Of a stretch of DNA of 56,275 nt, positions 10,175-18,139 are shown piece by piece. Numbering within the stretch: position 1 is the stretch's first letter; each line of letters opens with the position of its first letter. The notes below the pieces were generated by a model, which saw only the letters and a program-made list of their open reading frames with translations, searched no databases and was not told the origin of the DNA. Made by a program: the position numbers and the translations under genes. This DNA comes from Patescibacteria group bacterium (lineage in GTDB: Bacteria; Patescibacteriota; Minisyncoccia; Minisyncoccales; Staskawiczbacteraceae), in NCBI GenBank assembly GCA_038065715.1, contig JBBTQL010000002.1, positions 1-56,275 on the forward strand, read 5' to 3'.

Positions 10175-10915
10175 ATGGTAAATCAAAAAAAGGCAAAAGA
10201 GGCATACGAATTATATTTAGAAAAAGCAAAAAACGACGATCGAATTATCGGAGTAATTTTGGCTGGAGGCAGGGGAAAGGGTATCGCCACAAAAAATTCT
10301 GATTACGATATTTTATTTATTACAACCGATGATGGTTTAAATAACGTTATAAAAAATTATCCTGGTACAGAATATGTTGATTCCTTGCCTCACGCAATTT
10401 CAGACTTCCGAGAATATGCTAAAACAGGTTCTGCGACAGAGTGGGATAAATATTCATTTACACATATTTCAGCGGTGATTGATAAAACTGGTGAAATTCA
10501 AAAGCTGGTAGAGGAAAAAGGTTCACTTATGCCAGATGTAGCTCACAAAATTGCTCGCACCGCTTTGGGCGGTTATCTAAATTCAGTCCATCGTTCACTT
10601 AAACATATTAGGGACGGAAAATCGTTAGCCGCACAATTAGACGCCGCTGAAAGCATATCAAATCTTCTTGTTTTTCTTTTTGCAGTAGAGAATCGTGTGT
10701 GTCCGTTCAATAAATTTTTAGAGTGGGAGCTTAAAAATTATCCATTGAAAAATTTACCTATTAAGCCATCGGATTTTCTTAAAAAGATATTGATTATTAT
10801 TAAAAAATCTAATCCCAAAATACAGAAGGAAATTTTAGAAATTGTAAAAAAAGTAGCCATTGAGAACGGGCATTCTGACGAAATTAAAGATTGGGAAGGT
10901 TACTATTTTGGATAA
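10175..10915 (+). CDS. Nucleotidyltransferase-fold protein (KNTase-like)
   Basis: GGRGKG...SDYDILF (G-x-n-DxD) motif at the N-terminus and a helical C-terminal domain. Confidence 0.6.
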   Translation: MVNQKKAKEAYELYLEKAKNDDRIIGVILAGGRGKGIATKNSDYDILFITTDDGLNNVIKNYPGTEYVDSLPHAISDFREYAKTGSATEWDKYSFTHISAVIDKTGEIQKLVEEKGSLMPDVAHKIARTALGGYLNSVHRSLKHIRDGKSLAAQLDAAESISNLLVFLFAVENRVCPFNKFLEWELKNYPLKNLPIKPSDFLKKILIIIKKSNPKIQKEILEIVKKVAIENGHSDEIKDWEGYYFG

Positions 10916-10994
10916 AAACAATGAAATTAAAAAATTTGATAAAAATACCGAAAGATTATAAAATATATTAAATAAATATGTCTCCTTATTCTAA

Positions 10995-11615
10995 CACGTG
11001 TGAAAATTGTAAGACAAAAGTTATAAAAAAGCTATAAAATTTAATTATTTATGAAATTACCGCTCACAGAACAATTTTTATGGGATATTTACCACATAAT
11101 GCGGGAAGCCGGAGACACTTTGGATTCTATGTATAAACCTATAACTTTTGCCAATTATTTACCCGGGCCCAAAAATCCAGTTTTTGAAAAATATCGGAAA
11201 AATAAAGGAGAAAGGGAATTCTCAAAATTTATTTCTTATTTAAAAAGAAAAAATTATATTAAGGTAGAAAATTTAAAAGAGAAAAAAACTATAATTTTAA
11301 CAAAAGAGGGGATAGGTAAAGCATTAAAAGCAAGTTTTATTATGGAGGGGATAAAAAAAAGAAAAGATGGCAAATGGATAATGTTAACTTTTGATATGCC
11401 TGCAAAAAATAAGCGAGCCAGGGATTTAATGAGAAGCATTTTACACGACCTAGGATATAAAATATTTCAGCATAGCGTTTGGATAACCCCTTATGATGTT
11501 TATAAAAAAACCGAAGAATTACTGCAATTTTATAGTTTGGACAAATACGTTAAAATATTTTTAATAGAAAAAATTTAATCTTATATTCTTTTATGTTCCA
11601 TATTTTTCACACGTG
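10995..11615. repeat. Exact 12-nt inverted repeat CACGTGTGAAAA (10995-11006) / TTTTCACACGTG (11604-11615) flanking the PaaX-like gene
   Basis: The perfect reverse-complement match was read directly. It contains a palindromic CACGTG core. Confidence 0.9.
11051..11578 (+). CDS. PaaX-like / Cas2-fold putative regulator
   Basis: The C-terminal segment IMLTFDMPAKNKRARDLMRSILHDLGYKIFQHSVWITP has the beta-alpha-beta pattern typical of PaaX C-terminal and Cas2-like folds. The family call is tentative. Confidence 0.45.
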   Translation: MKLPLTEQFLWDIYHIMREAGDTLDSMYKPITFANYLPGPKNPVFEKYRKNKGEREFSKFISYLKRKNYIKVENLKEKKTIILTKEGIGKALKASFIMEGIKKRKDGKWIMLTFDMPAKNKRARDLMRSILHDLGYKIFQHSVWITPYDVYKKTEELLQFYSLDKYVKIFLIEKI

Positions 11616-11659
11616 CGGAATTTATAGGACATGCTAATAAACTTTATAAACTTTATAAC

Positions 11660-12916
11660 TTGATAACTTCGTTTCAACAATCTATTAGGGCATTAAAGTC
11701 AAATCCTGCAAGAACACTACTTACAACGCTTGGCATTGTTATTGGCATTGCCACAGTTATTTTGGTTTTATCAGCAGGAGCTGGATTTCGCAGTTTAATA
11801 GACCAGCAGCTGGCTGCCTGGGGTACAGACACGCTTTTTATTGAAACAAGAGTTCCGCCCACCACAAAAAATCGGGCAAACAGCAATGCGGCTTCGGCTG
11901 ATTTTAGCCGGGCTACAACAACTGTGCAAATTACTTCTTTTAAATCAACTGACCTTGATGCAATAAAAAAAATAAATAATGTTGCGGGAGCATATGGCAT
12001 TGCAACTGGTCAGGCAGTGGTGAGTTACAGGGACAGGGCAAAAAGTATAATTTATTACGGGGCAGGAGCTGAAATGTTTTTAATAGACAAACACACATTA
12101 AAGACGGGCAGATTTTGGACAGAAGCCGAAGACACCGGAGCTAGCCAAGTTGCTATTTTAGGCAGCAACATAGCCAAAGATTTATTTTTACAGGACGATC
12201 CGATAGGAAAATTAGTAAGAATAGGAAATTTGAATTTTAAAGTGATAGGAGTTTATGATCCTCAAGGAGCCTTAAGCGGAGGAGCAGATGATATTATTTA
12301 TATGCCCCTTGCAACCGCTCAGAAAAAAATGTTGGGAATTAACTATTTGCTTGTGGGAGTCGTGCAGGTTAAAGATGTAAATTTGGCTCCAGCCACAGCA
12401 GAAAACATCCGCGATACTTTAGGGCGTTTGCATAATATTAAAGATCCGGCAAAAGAAGATTTTACTGTTACAACACAAGCTCAGGCAATGGAGACATTCA
12501 ATACAATATTTAACGGAATAACTGTTCTGCTTATTTCTATTGCCGCCATTTCTTTAATTGTGGGCGGTGTTGGAATTATGAATATTATGTATGTCATTGT
12601 TACAGAAAGAACAAGCGAAATAGGCTTGAAAAAAGCATTGGGAGCCAAAAATTCAGATATTTTAAGCGAGTTTTTAATAGAATCTATTTTAGTTACTGTG
12701 ATAGGCGGAATTATAGGAATTATTGCCGGAGCTGCTTTGAGCTGGGTTATTTATTTTATAGCATTGTCGTTTGGCTTGGCATGGGCATTTGTTGTTCCTT
12801 TATATGCAATAATTATTGGAGTTGGCGTTTCAGGAACCATAGGTATTGCTTTTGGAGTTTTTCCAGCTGTGTCGGCTGCAAAAATGGATCCAATAGAAGC
12901 ATTAAGATACGAATAA
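11660..12916 (+). CDS. ABC transporter permease, FtsX/MacB type (paralog of 8020-9291), TTG start
   Basis: Same architecture as the first permease; ends DPIEALRYE. Confidence 0.85.
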   Translation: MITSFQQSIRALKSNPARTLLTTLGIVIGIATVILVLSAGAGFRSLIDQQLAAWGTDTLFIETRVPPTTKNRANSNAASADFSRATTTVQITSFKSTDLDAIKKINNVAGAYGIATGQAVVSYRDRAKSIIYYGAGAEMFLIDKHTLKTGRFWTEAEDTGASQVAILGSNIAKDLFLQDDPIGKLVRIGNLNFKVIGVYDPQGALSGGADDIIYMPLATAQKKMLGINYLLVGVVQVKDVNLAPATAENIRDTLGRLHNIKDPAKEDFTVTTQAQAMETFNTIFNGITVLLISIAAISLIVGGVGIMNIMYVIVTERTSEIGLKKALGAKNSDILSEFLIESILVTVIGGIIGIIAGAALSWVIYFIALSFGLAWAFVVPLYAIIIGVGVSGTIGIAFGVFPAVSAAKMDPIEALRYE

Positions 12917-12992
12917 ACAAAACGAGTTGTATGGGTTGACACCGTCTTATGGTATAATAAAAAAATTAAAATGAAATTAAAATTTATACTAT

Positions 12993-15900
12993 ATGATGAA
13001 AATTTTTTCTAAAAACCGTTTATTATTTTTATTAAGCGGTTTATTATTTTTATTGATAATATTATTTTTTTTAAACAATGTTTCTTTTTTGAACCATTTA
13101 ATAAAAAGGTTATGGTCAGCAAGTTTAAGTGCCGCCGTTGATCAAAAAAATAGCGTCGGCAATGAAGCGGAAAAATATAACGGATATATTGTAGAATTTA
13201 CAAATGATCCTTCTATTATTAAATATAAAGATATTTCTTCTTCAAAAAGCGGCACAAAAGCGCCATCAGCGCTTGCAGCGCAATCAAACATTTCTTTGTA
13301 TGATAATACCCTTAAATCAAATGGTGCTTCTATTGAAGTCCAAATAAAAAAAGCATTGAAGAAGGATGTAATTAAAACAACACCCAATTTGATAAATAAA
13401 GGAGGATCGCAAACAGAATTAAAAGTTTTGGGCAGGTATTATAAAACTTTTTTTGGCGCTACTTTAGATATTACTGATGCAGAAGCCCAAATAGTCAAAA
13501 CAATACCGGGAGTTAAAAATGTTTATAAAAATTATGAAGTGAAAGCAAATTTAATGGATGCTGTACCCTTAATTGGCGCTAATAAGGTATGGCAATTTGA
13601 CTCAAGTGGAAATAATTGTGCGTCGTCAGGAAAAGAATGCTTGACAGGAAAAAATGTGACTATTGCTGTTATTGATACTGGAATTGACTATTCGCATCAA
13701 GATCTTGGTGGAGACGGAACTATAAATGAAAGAACGTTTGAAAAAATAACAACTACTCCTATGGTTTTTAAAACTCACTATGTGGGTTTTTTACCTGATC
13801 AGATAATAGGTATGGATGAAAATAGATTATTATATATTTCAAATTGTAAAATAAATATTTATAATTTTTTATCAAGGAGCACTGAAATATTTAATGCACC
13901 TGAAAATTATTGTCCTGAAGTTGGCGTCTTAAAAGGAGATTATATTGCATATACTGCCAATAATAACTTAAATTATACAATAAGCAAGATTTATCTTCTT
14001 AATTTGAAAAGTGGAGTATCATTAGAAATTGCAAATTTATCCAATAGTGATGGAATATACGGTAAAATAGAACTTGATGGGAATTATTTAATATATAATT
14101 TAATTAGAAATGGAGATTCTACAAATTCTAGCTTAATTCTATACAAGATTGATGAAAAAAAAGAGGTTTTAATTGACAATGGTTGGGTTGTTTCTCAAAG
14201 TATTGATAAAGGTGTAATAGCATATACAATTTTAGATGCTAATAGTTATCCTTCTGGCTATTACCTGTATAATATTAGTTCTGGAAATAAAATAGAATTT
14301 AATTTACCAAGACAAGGAAACATCCTCGATTATAAAAATAATGAAATCATATATAGTATCTATTCCGCTAATTTTAAAGGATATGGGGTTTATAATACTG
14401 AAACTGGAAATTCAAAGTTTTTGTTAATAGATGAAGCCTCAAATATTAATAATGTCAATGGGATTAATGAAATTGATATTAAAGATTATGGTAAAAGCTG
14501 GTCGATAATGGATGCACAAATAGAAAAAGGGTATTATTTCTATTCAAATGATAGATTGTTTAAAAAAGTATATCTAAAAGATGATTTTTTAAATCGCACG
14601 ATTCAGATTAATCTTCAAAAAAATATAGGAGATTTTGACACTGAAGATAATAAAATATGTTTTGTTGCAGAAGATTATAATATATATTGTTTTTATTATG
14701 ATCCTAAAATTAATTATTCTCAACCATTATTGCAATTTCCAAACTCAAAAGTAGTCGGAGGTTATGATTTTGTAAATAATGATATTAGTCCCATGGATGA
14801 CCACGGACATGGAACACATGTTGCTGGAATTGTTGCTGGAAGCGGAGTTGGCGGATTAAAAGGTGTTGCGCCTGATGCAAAATTATATGCATATAAGGTT
14901 TTGAATTCTGGTGGAGTTGGAAGTTTTTCTAATATTATTTCTGCAATTGATAGAGCGGTTGACCCAAACAATGATAATGATTTTTCAGACAAAGTTGATG
15001 TTATGAATCTTAGTTTGGGAGGCCAAGGAAATCCAGACGATCCTCTATCAATCGCAATAGATAATGCCGTTAATGCTGGAGTTGTGGCGGTTGTTGCGGC
15101 TGGAAATTCTGGGCCTAACGAAAAAACAATTGGCAGTCCAGGTACTGCTCGAAAGGCTATTACTGTTGGCGCAACTGATAAATTCGATAAAATTACAAGT
15201 TTTAGTTCAAGAGGTCCTGTTGAATGGATTGATTCTAGTGGTAATAATCAGGTCTTAATTAAACCTGACATTGTTGCACCAGGAGTTAATATCTGTTCTT
15301 CTGAATATGATTCTGCATGGAGTGATAAAAAATGTTTGGATGATAAACACGTTGCCATTTCTGGCACTTCAATGGCAACTCCAATGGTGACTGGAAGTGT
15401 TGCTCTATTAAAACAAATGCATCCTGATTGGACCCCCGATAAAATAAAAATAACATTAATGAATACTGCCAAAAATTTAGGTTATAATATTAATACCCAA
15501 GGTTATGGTAGAATTGATATTATAAAAGCCTTGAATTTACCCCAACCTTTAGTAGTAACCGTCTTCAAAGATATTAATTATAAAGGAGTTTCCCAAGAAT
15601 ATGGCGTTGGGTCTTATACTCTTTCTCAAATGCGCGCCAAAGGCACTTTAAACGATGATATTTCTTCTGTAAAAGTAGCTCCAGGATATATTGTAACATT
15701 CTATTTGGACGACAACTTCAAAGGCGCTTCAATTGTAAAAACAGCGGACGATTCTACTCTTGTTGATGACACATGGAATGACAAAGTTTCTTCAATGATA
15801 GTGGCATTAGGGTCTGTATTTAGCAATAGCCAGATATATAATGATGCTAACAGTAAGGTGCCTGCATTGTCTTGCACTAATTATAAATGCAATGGCGTTT

Positions 15901-16142
15901 TTGGATATTGCACTGCTCCTTGTGGCGGCGGGTATTATCCAGATAATTCAACTGCCCAGAAATTGTGCCAGAAAAAAGGATATGATTCGGCCTCAAGCTT
16001 TACCATAAAAAATAGTTTTTTTGCCTCATGCGGTGACAACTATATGTGGAAATGGAATGGAGCTGCTGCTGAATATATTTGGTCTTGCGCTAAAAATAGC
16101 GGCATAGACACTGTTATTTGTTCAAAAACTACCAGTCCTTAA
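12993..16142 (+). CDS. Secreted subtilisin-like (S8) serine protease with a large insert and C-terminal beta/gamma-crystallin-like and Cys-rich modules
   Basis: Catalytic triad in VIDTGID (Asp), HGHGTHVAG (His) and GTSMATPMVTG (Ser). About 330 aa of repetitive beta-rich sequence lies between the Asp and His. The C-terminal VFKDINYKG...SSVKV / FYLDDNFKG...SSMIV pair has Greek-key character. Confidence 0.88.
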   Translation: MMKIFSKNRLLFLLSGLLFLLIILFFLNNVSFLNHLIKRLWSASLSAAVDQKNSVGNEAEKYNGYIVEFTNDPSIIKYKDISSSKSGTKAPSALAAQSNISLYDNTLKSNGASIEVQIKKALKKDVIKTTPNLINKGGSQTELKVLGRYYKTFFGATLDITDAEAQIVKTIPGVKNVYKNYEVKANLMDAVPLIGANKVWQFDSSGNNCASSGKECLTGKNVTIAVIDTGIDYSHQDLGGDGTINERTFEKITTTPMVFKTHYVGFLPDQIIGMDENRLLYISNCKINIYNFLSRSTEIFNAPENYCPEVGVLKGDYIAYTANNNLNYTISKIYLLNLKSGVSLEIANLSNSDGIYGKIELDGNYLIYNLIRNGDSTNSSLILYKIDEKKEVLIDNGWVVSQSIDKGVIAYTILDANSYPSGYYLYNISSGNKIEFNLPRQGNILDYKNNEIIYSIYSANFKGYGVYNTETGNSKFLLIDEASNINNVNGINEIDIKDYGKSWSIMDAQIEKGYYFYSNDRLFKKVYLKDDFLNRTIQINLQKNIGDFDTEDNKICFVAEDYNIYCFYYDPKINYSQPLLQFPNSKVVGGYDFVNNDISPMDDHGHGTHVAGIVAGSGVGGLKGVAPDAKLYAYKVLNSGGVGSFSNIISAIDRAVDPNNDNDFSDKVDVMNLSLGGQGNPDDPLSIAIDNAVNAGVVAVVAAGNSGPNEKTIGSPGTARKAITVGATDKFDKITSFSSRGPVEWIDSSGNNQVLIKPDIVAPGVNICSSEYDSAWSDKKCLDDKHVAISGTSMATPMVTGSVALLKQMHPDWTPDKIKITLMNTAKNLGYNINTQGYGRIDIIKALNLPQPLVVTVFKDINYKGVSQEYGVGSYTLSQMRAKGTLNDDISSVKVAPGYIVTFYLDDNFKGASIVKTADDSTLVDDTWNDKVSSMIVALGSVFSNSQIYNDANSKVPALSCTNYKCNGVFGYCTAPCGGGYYPDNSTAQKLCQKKGYDSASSFTIKNSFFASCGDNYMWKWNGAAAEYIWSCAKNSGIDTVICSKTTSP

Positions 16143-16275
16143 AATATTTTAGTTTTTTGCAGGAAGAATACATTAAACCCCGTCAATTGATCTGTACCCC
16201 AAAAAGTGGCACAAAAGTGTCTGCAAAATTAAATTGAAAAAATACGAATATTGTGTTATCTTAAAAACAATAAAT

Positions 16276-16346
16276 AGGGGCATAGTTCAATGGCAGAATA
16301 ATGGTCTCCAAAACCATTGATCAAGGTTCGAATCCTTGTGCCCCTG
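16276..16346 (+). tRNA. trnW: tRNA-Trp (anticodon CCA)
   Basis: Cloverleaf: acceptor AGGGGCA/TGCCCCT, anticodon arm ATGGT-CTCCAAA-ACCAT, T arm CAAGG-TTCGAAT-CCTTG. Confidence 0.93.
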
Positions 16347-16406
16347 CCTTCGCTTCGCTGTAGCGAAGCTTCGGCAAGGCGAAGCCTGCCTAAGATTCGC
16401 GAAGGC
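16346..16406. repeat. GC-rich palindromic repeat element, copy 1, directly abutting the tRNA-Trp 3' end
   Basis: Overlapping hairpins GCTTCGC-TGTA-GCGAAGC (16352-16369) and GCTTCG-GCAAGG-CGAAGC (16368-16385), with an outer GCCTTCGC (16346-16353) / GCGAAGGC (16399-16406) pair. Confidence 0.85.
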
Positions 16407-16418
16407 GAGAACAATAAA

Positions 16419-16649
16419 ATGTTTTATGTTTATAATTTAAAATGTAAAGATGGGTTTTATACAGGTTGCACGAACGATATTGTAGATAGGCTAAAAAGGC
16501 ACGAAAACGGCGAGGTTATCGCTACTGCAAATCGCTTGCCGGTTAGTTTGCATTTCTATATGGCTATTGAGGATAAATATAAAGCATACGAATTAGAAAA
16601 GTATTTCAAGTCTGGATCAGGAAGGGCATTTGTAAATAAGCATTTATAA
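16419..16649 (+). CDS. GIY-YIG nuclease-domain protein (76 aa)
   Basis: FYVYNLKCKDGFYTGCTNDIVDRLKRHENG matches the GIY-YIG (URI) motif. The ORF-track start at 16317 overlaps the tRNA, so it is trimmed to the ATG at 16419. Confidence 0.8.
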   Translation: MFYVYNLKCKDGFYTGCTNDIVDRLKRHENGEVIATANRLPVSLHFYMAIEDKYKAYELEKYFKSGSGRAFVNKHL

Positions 16650-16786
16650 TGAATCGAACTATTCGCTAATATTATGCGACATAAATAAAAAAATCACCTT
16701 TTAATTGAGGTGGTTTTTTAATGCGTTGTATGTATTAGTTGAATTTAGTAACCAAGCCCTGTACCTTATCATTGGGTTAGTGTACG

Positions 16787-16809
16787 AAAAAAGTTCCAAC
16801 CAATGGAAC
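16787..16809 (-). terminator. Intrinsic terminator of the GC-rich operon
   Basis: On the minus strand: GTTCCA-UUGGU-UGGAAC followed by UUUUUU. Confidence 0.75.
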
Positions 16810-16857
16810 TTTTGAGAGCGTCTAAGCAGGTGAACAAAATATAAAATCTGCTGAGCG

Positions 16858-17226
16858 CTATTCGCCGATGAAATCAGGATCAGTATTCTCGAAGAACTCC
16901 TCGGTCTTCATATACTTTTCCAACTCACGCTGGAAGTACTCGTCGAACTGGTCATCGGCGATGCCCAGTTTCTTGGCCGCCTCTCGGAGCTCGGGCTCCA
17001 GCTTGCGGGAACCGATTTCAGCCGCACGCTTTACGTACCTCGTGAGGAACGTGTAAGCCGCGAGATCCTCCAAAGGAACCCCCATCTTTACGGCAAGCTT
17101 GTCTAAGTCACCGAAAAGATCGTACCAGTCCAGCATGGCCTTCCAGCCTCCCTGACGATTCAGTTCGGCTTCTTCTTGGATGGCTGTCTGCCGGAGAAGT
17201 TCCTCCATTATTTTCACACCAGTCAT
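16858..17226 (-). CDS. Orphan protein D (122 aa, net acidic), 4th cistron of the GC-rich operon
   Basis: SD GAAGGAG lies 6 nt upstream of the ATG. GC-rich codon usage. No motif recognised. Confidence 0.7.
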   Translation of the reverse strand: MTGVKIMEELLRQTAIQEEAELNRQGGWKAMLDWYDLFGDLDKLAVKMGVPLEDLAAYTFLTRYVKRAAEIGSRKLEPELREAAKKLGIADDQFDEYFQRELEKYMKTEEFFENTDPDFIGE

Positions 17227-17254
17227 GTTTCGCTCCTTCTAAATGTACAAATTT

Positions 17255-17306
17255 CTGTTTTCGTCCTTTCGGACTCATCAGTTCCGATAACACATCGGAA
17301 TAACAG
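17255..17306 (-). ncRNA. Type III hammerhead ribozyme motif (HHR-1)
   Basis: Minus strand: CUGUUA / UUCCGAU-GUGUU-AUCGGAA / CUGAUGA / GUCC-GAAA-GGAC / GAAA / ACAG. All core nucleotides are present and stem III is a 5-bp CUGUU/AACAG. Confidence 0.8.
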
Positions 17307-17360
17307 GAGGGTTTTGTTTTAGGCAACCCTCATGCCTTTCTTATCGTTGCATTTAACCCG

Positions 17361-17537
17361 TTAGGGTTTGGTCTGGCTGGGCGAATTCGCATTCTGCCTT
17401 GCCAGCTTCGCGTCGAGCCTCCGGATCATTGCCTGCCTTTCGGCAGATGTCATACTCTTCAGCTCGGCGTAACGCCTTTTCCCTAGAAGCCGTTGAACGG
17501 CTTCGGGAGTCAGTTCTCTCGCTTCCTCATCCGTCAT
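17361..17537 (-). CDS. Unannotated 58-aa basic helical ORF C (MTDEEARELTPEAVQRLLGKRRYAELKSMTSAERQAMIRRLDAKLARQNANSPSQTKP)
   Basis: Translated by hand codon by codon. ATG at 17537, TAA at 17363-17361, SD AAAGGAG 7 nt upstream. It starts 23 nt after the stop of cistron B and is below the 60-aa ORF-track cutoff. Confidence 0.6.
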   Translation of the reverse strand: MTDEEARELTPEAVQRLLGKRRYAELKSMTSAERQAMIRRLDAKLARQNANSPSQTKP

Positions 17538-17560
17538 TGGATGACTCCTTTTTGGTTGTT

Positions 17561-17971
17561 TCAGCAGATGTCGCCGTTGGCATTGAAGTTTACGGCTGTA
17601 CCATAGAACTCCTGCTTGGCTGACTTTCGGTAGAACCGAATTTCAACTCTCACCGTGCAGTTGATAAATGCCTTCAAAGTTGCCTCAATTCGCACTGACT
17701 CGCGGAATTCTCTGAAAATCCTATCCGATTCCGCATGGCAGCCATCAAAAAACTTGTATATGATCTGCAACTGCGGACGCAACTCTTCACGGTCGTGATA
17801 GCCACTCATCAGAAGCCCGACAAGTTCAGCCGGAAATACGACTGCATGATTGAAGGCTTTCGCCAGTAATCCGCTATCTTTCACGCCGGTCTCGCACTCG
17901 AGATTCTTCTTATTCGTCAAACGCTGGCGGAGGTAGTTGTCGATAAAAATCGACACTTTCTTGAGTAACAT
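17561..17971 (-). CDS. Orphan protein B (136 aa), 2nd cistron
   Basis: The internal ATG at 17971 has SD AAAGGAG 7 nt upstream. The longer ORF-track start (18061) would read through the hammerhead motif. Confidence 0.65.
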   Translation of the reverse strand: MLLKKVSIFIDNYLRQRLTNKKNLECETGVKDSGLLAKAFNHAVVFPAELVGLLMSGYHDREELRPQLQIIYKFFDGCHAESDRIFREFRESVRIEATLKAFINCTVRVEIRFYRKSAKQEFYGTAVNFNANGDIC

Positions 17972-18022
17972 CGCGATTCTCCTTTTGGGAAATGGCTCGC
18001 TATGGCCAATAAAAATGTGCAA

Positions 18023-18071
18023 CTGTTTCGTCCTTTTGGACTCATCAGGGAAAGCACACACTTTCCGACAG
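18023..18071 (-). ncRNA. Type III hammerhead ribozyme motif (HHR-2)
   Basis: Minus strand: CUGUC / GGAAAG-UGUGUG-CUUUCC / CUGAUGA / GUCC-AAAA-GGAC / GAAA / CAG. The core is complete with a GUC cleavage triplet. Confidence 0.82.
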
Positions 18072-18139
18072 ATGGAGAAATTTGGATGTGTCGGTATTCT
18101 CCGTTGCGCTGGCGCGCACCGACTTATTATCGTGGGAGG

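Noticed and set aside
16317-16418. N-terminal extension of the GIY-YIG ORF.
   Set aside because: It overlaps the tRNA-Trp 3' half and the palindromic repeat. The conserved GIY-YIG motif begins right at the ATG at 16419.
17972-18061. Long form of cistron B starting at 18061.
   Set aside because: It would translate through the hammerhead motif and has no SD. The ATG at 17971 has AAAGGAG at the ideal distance.
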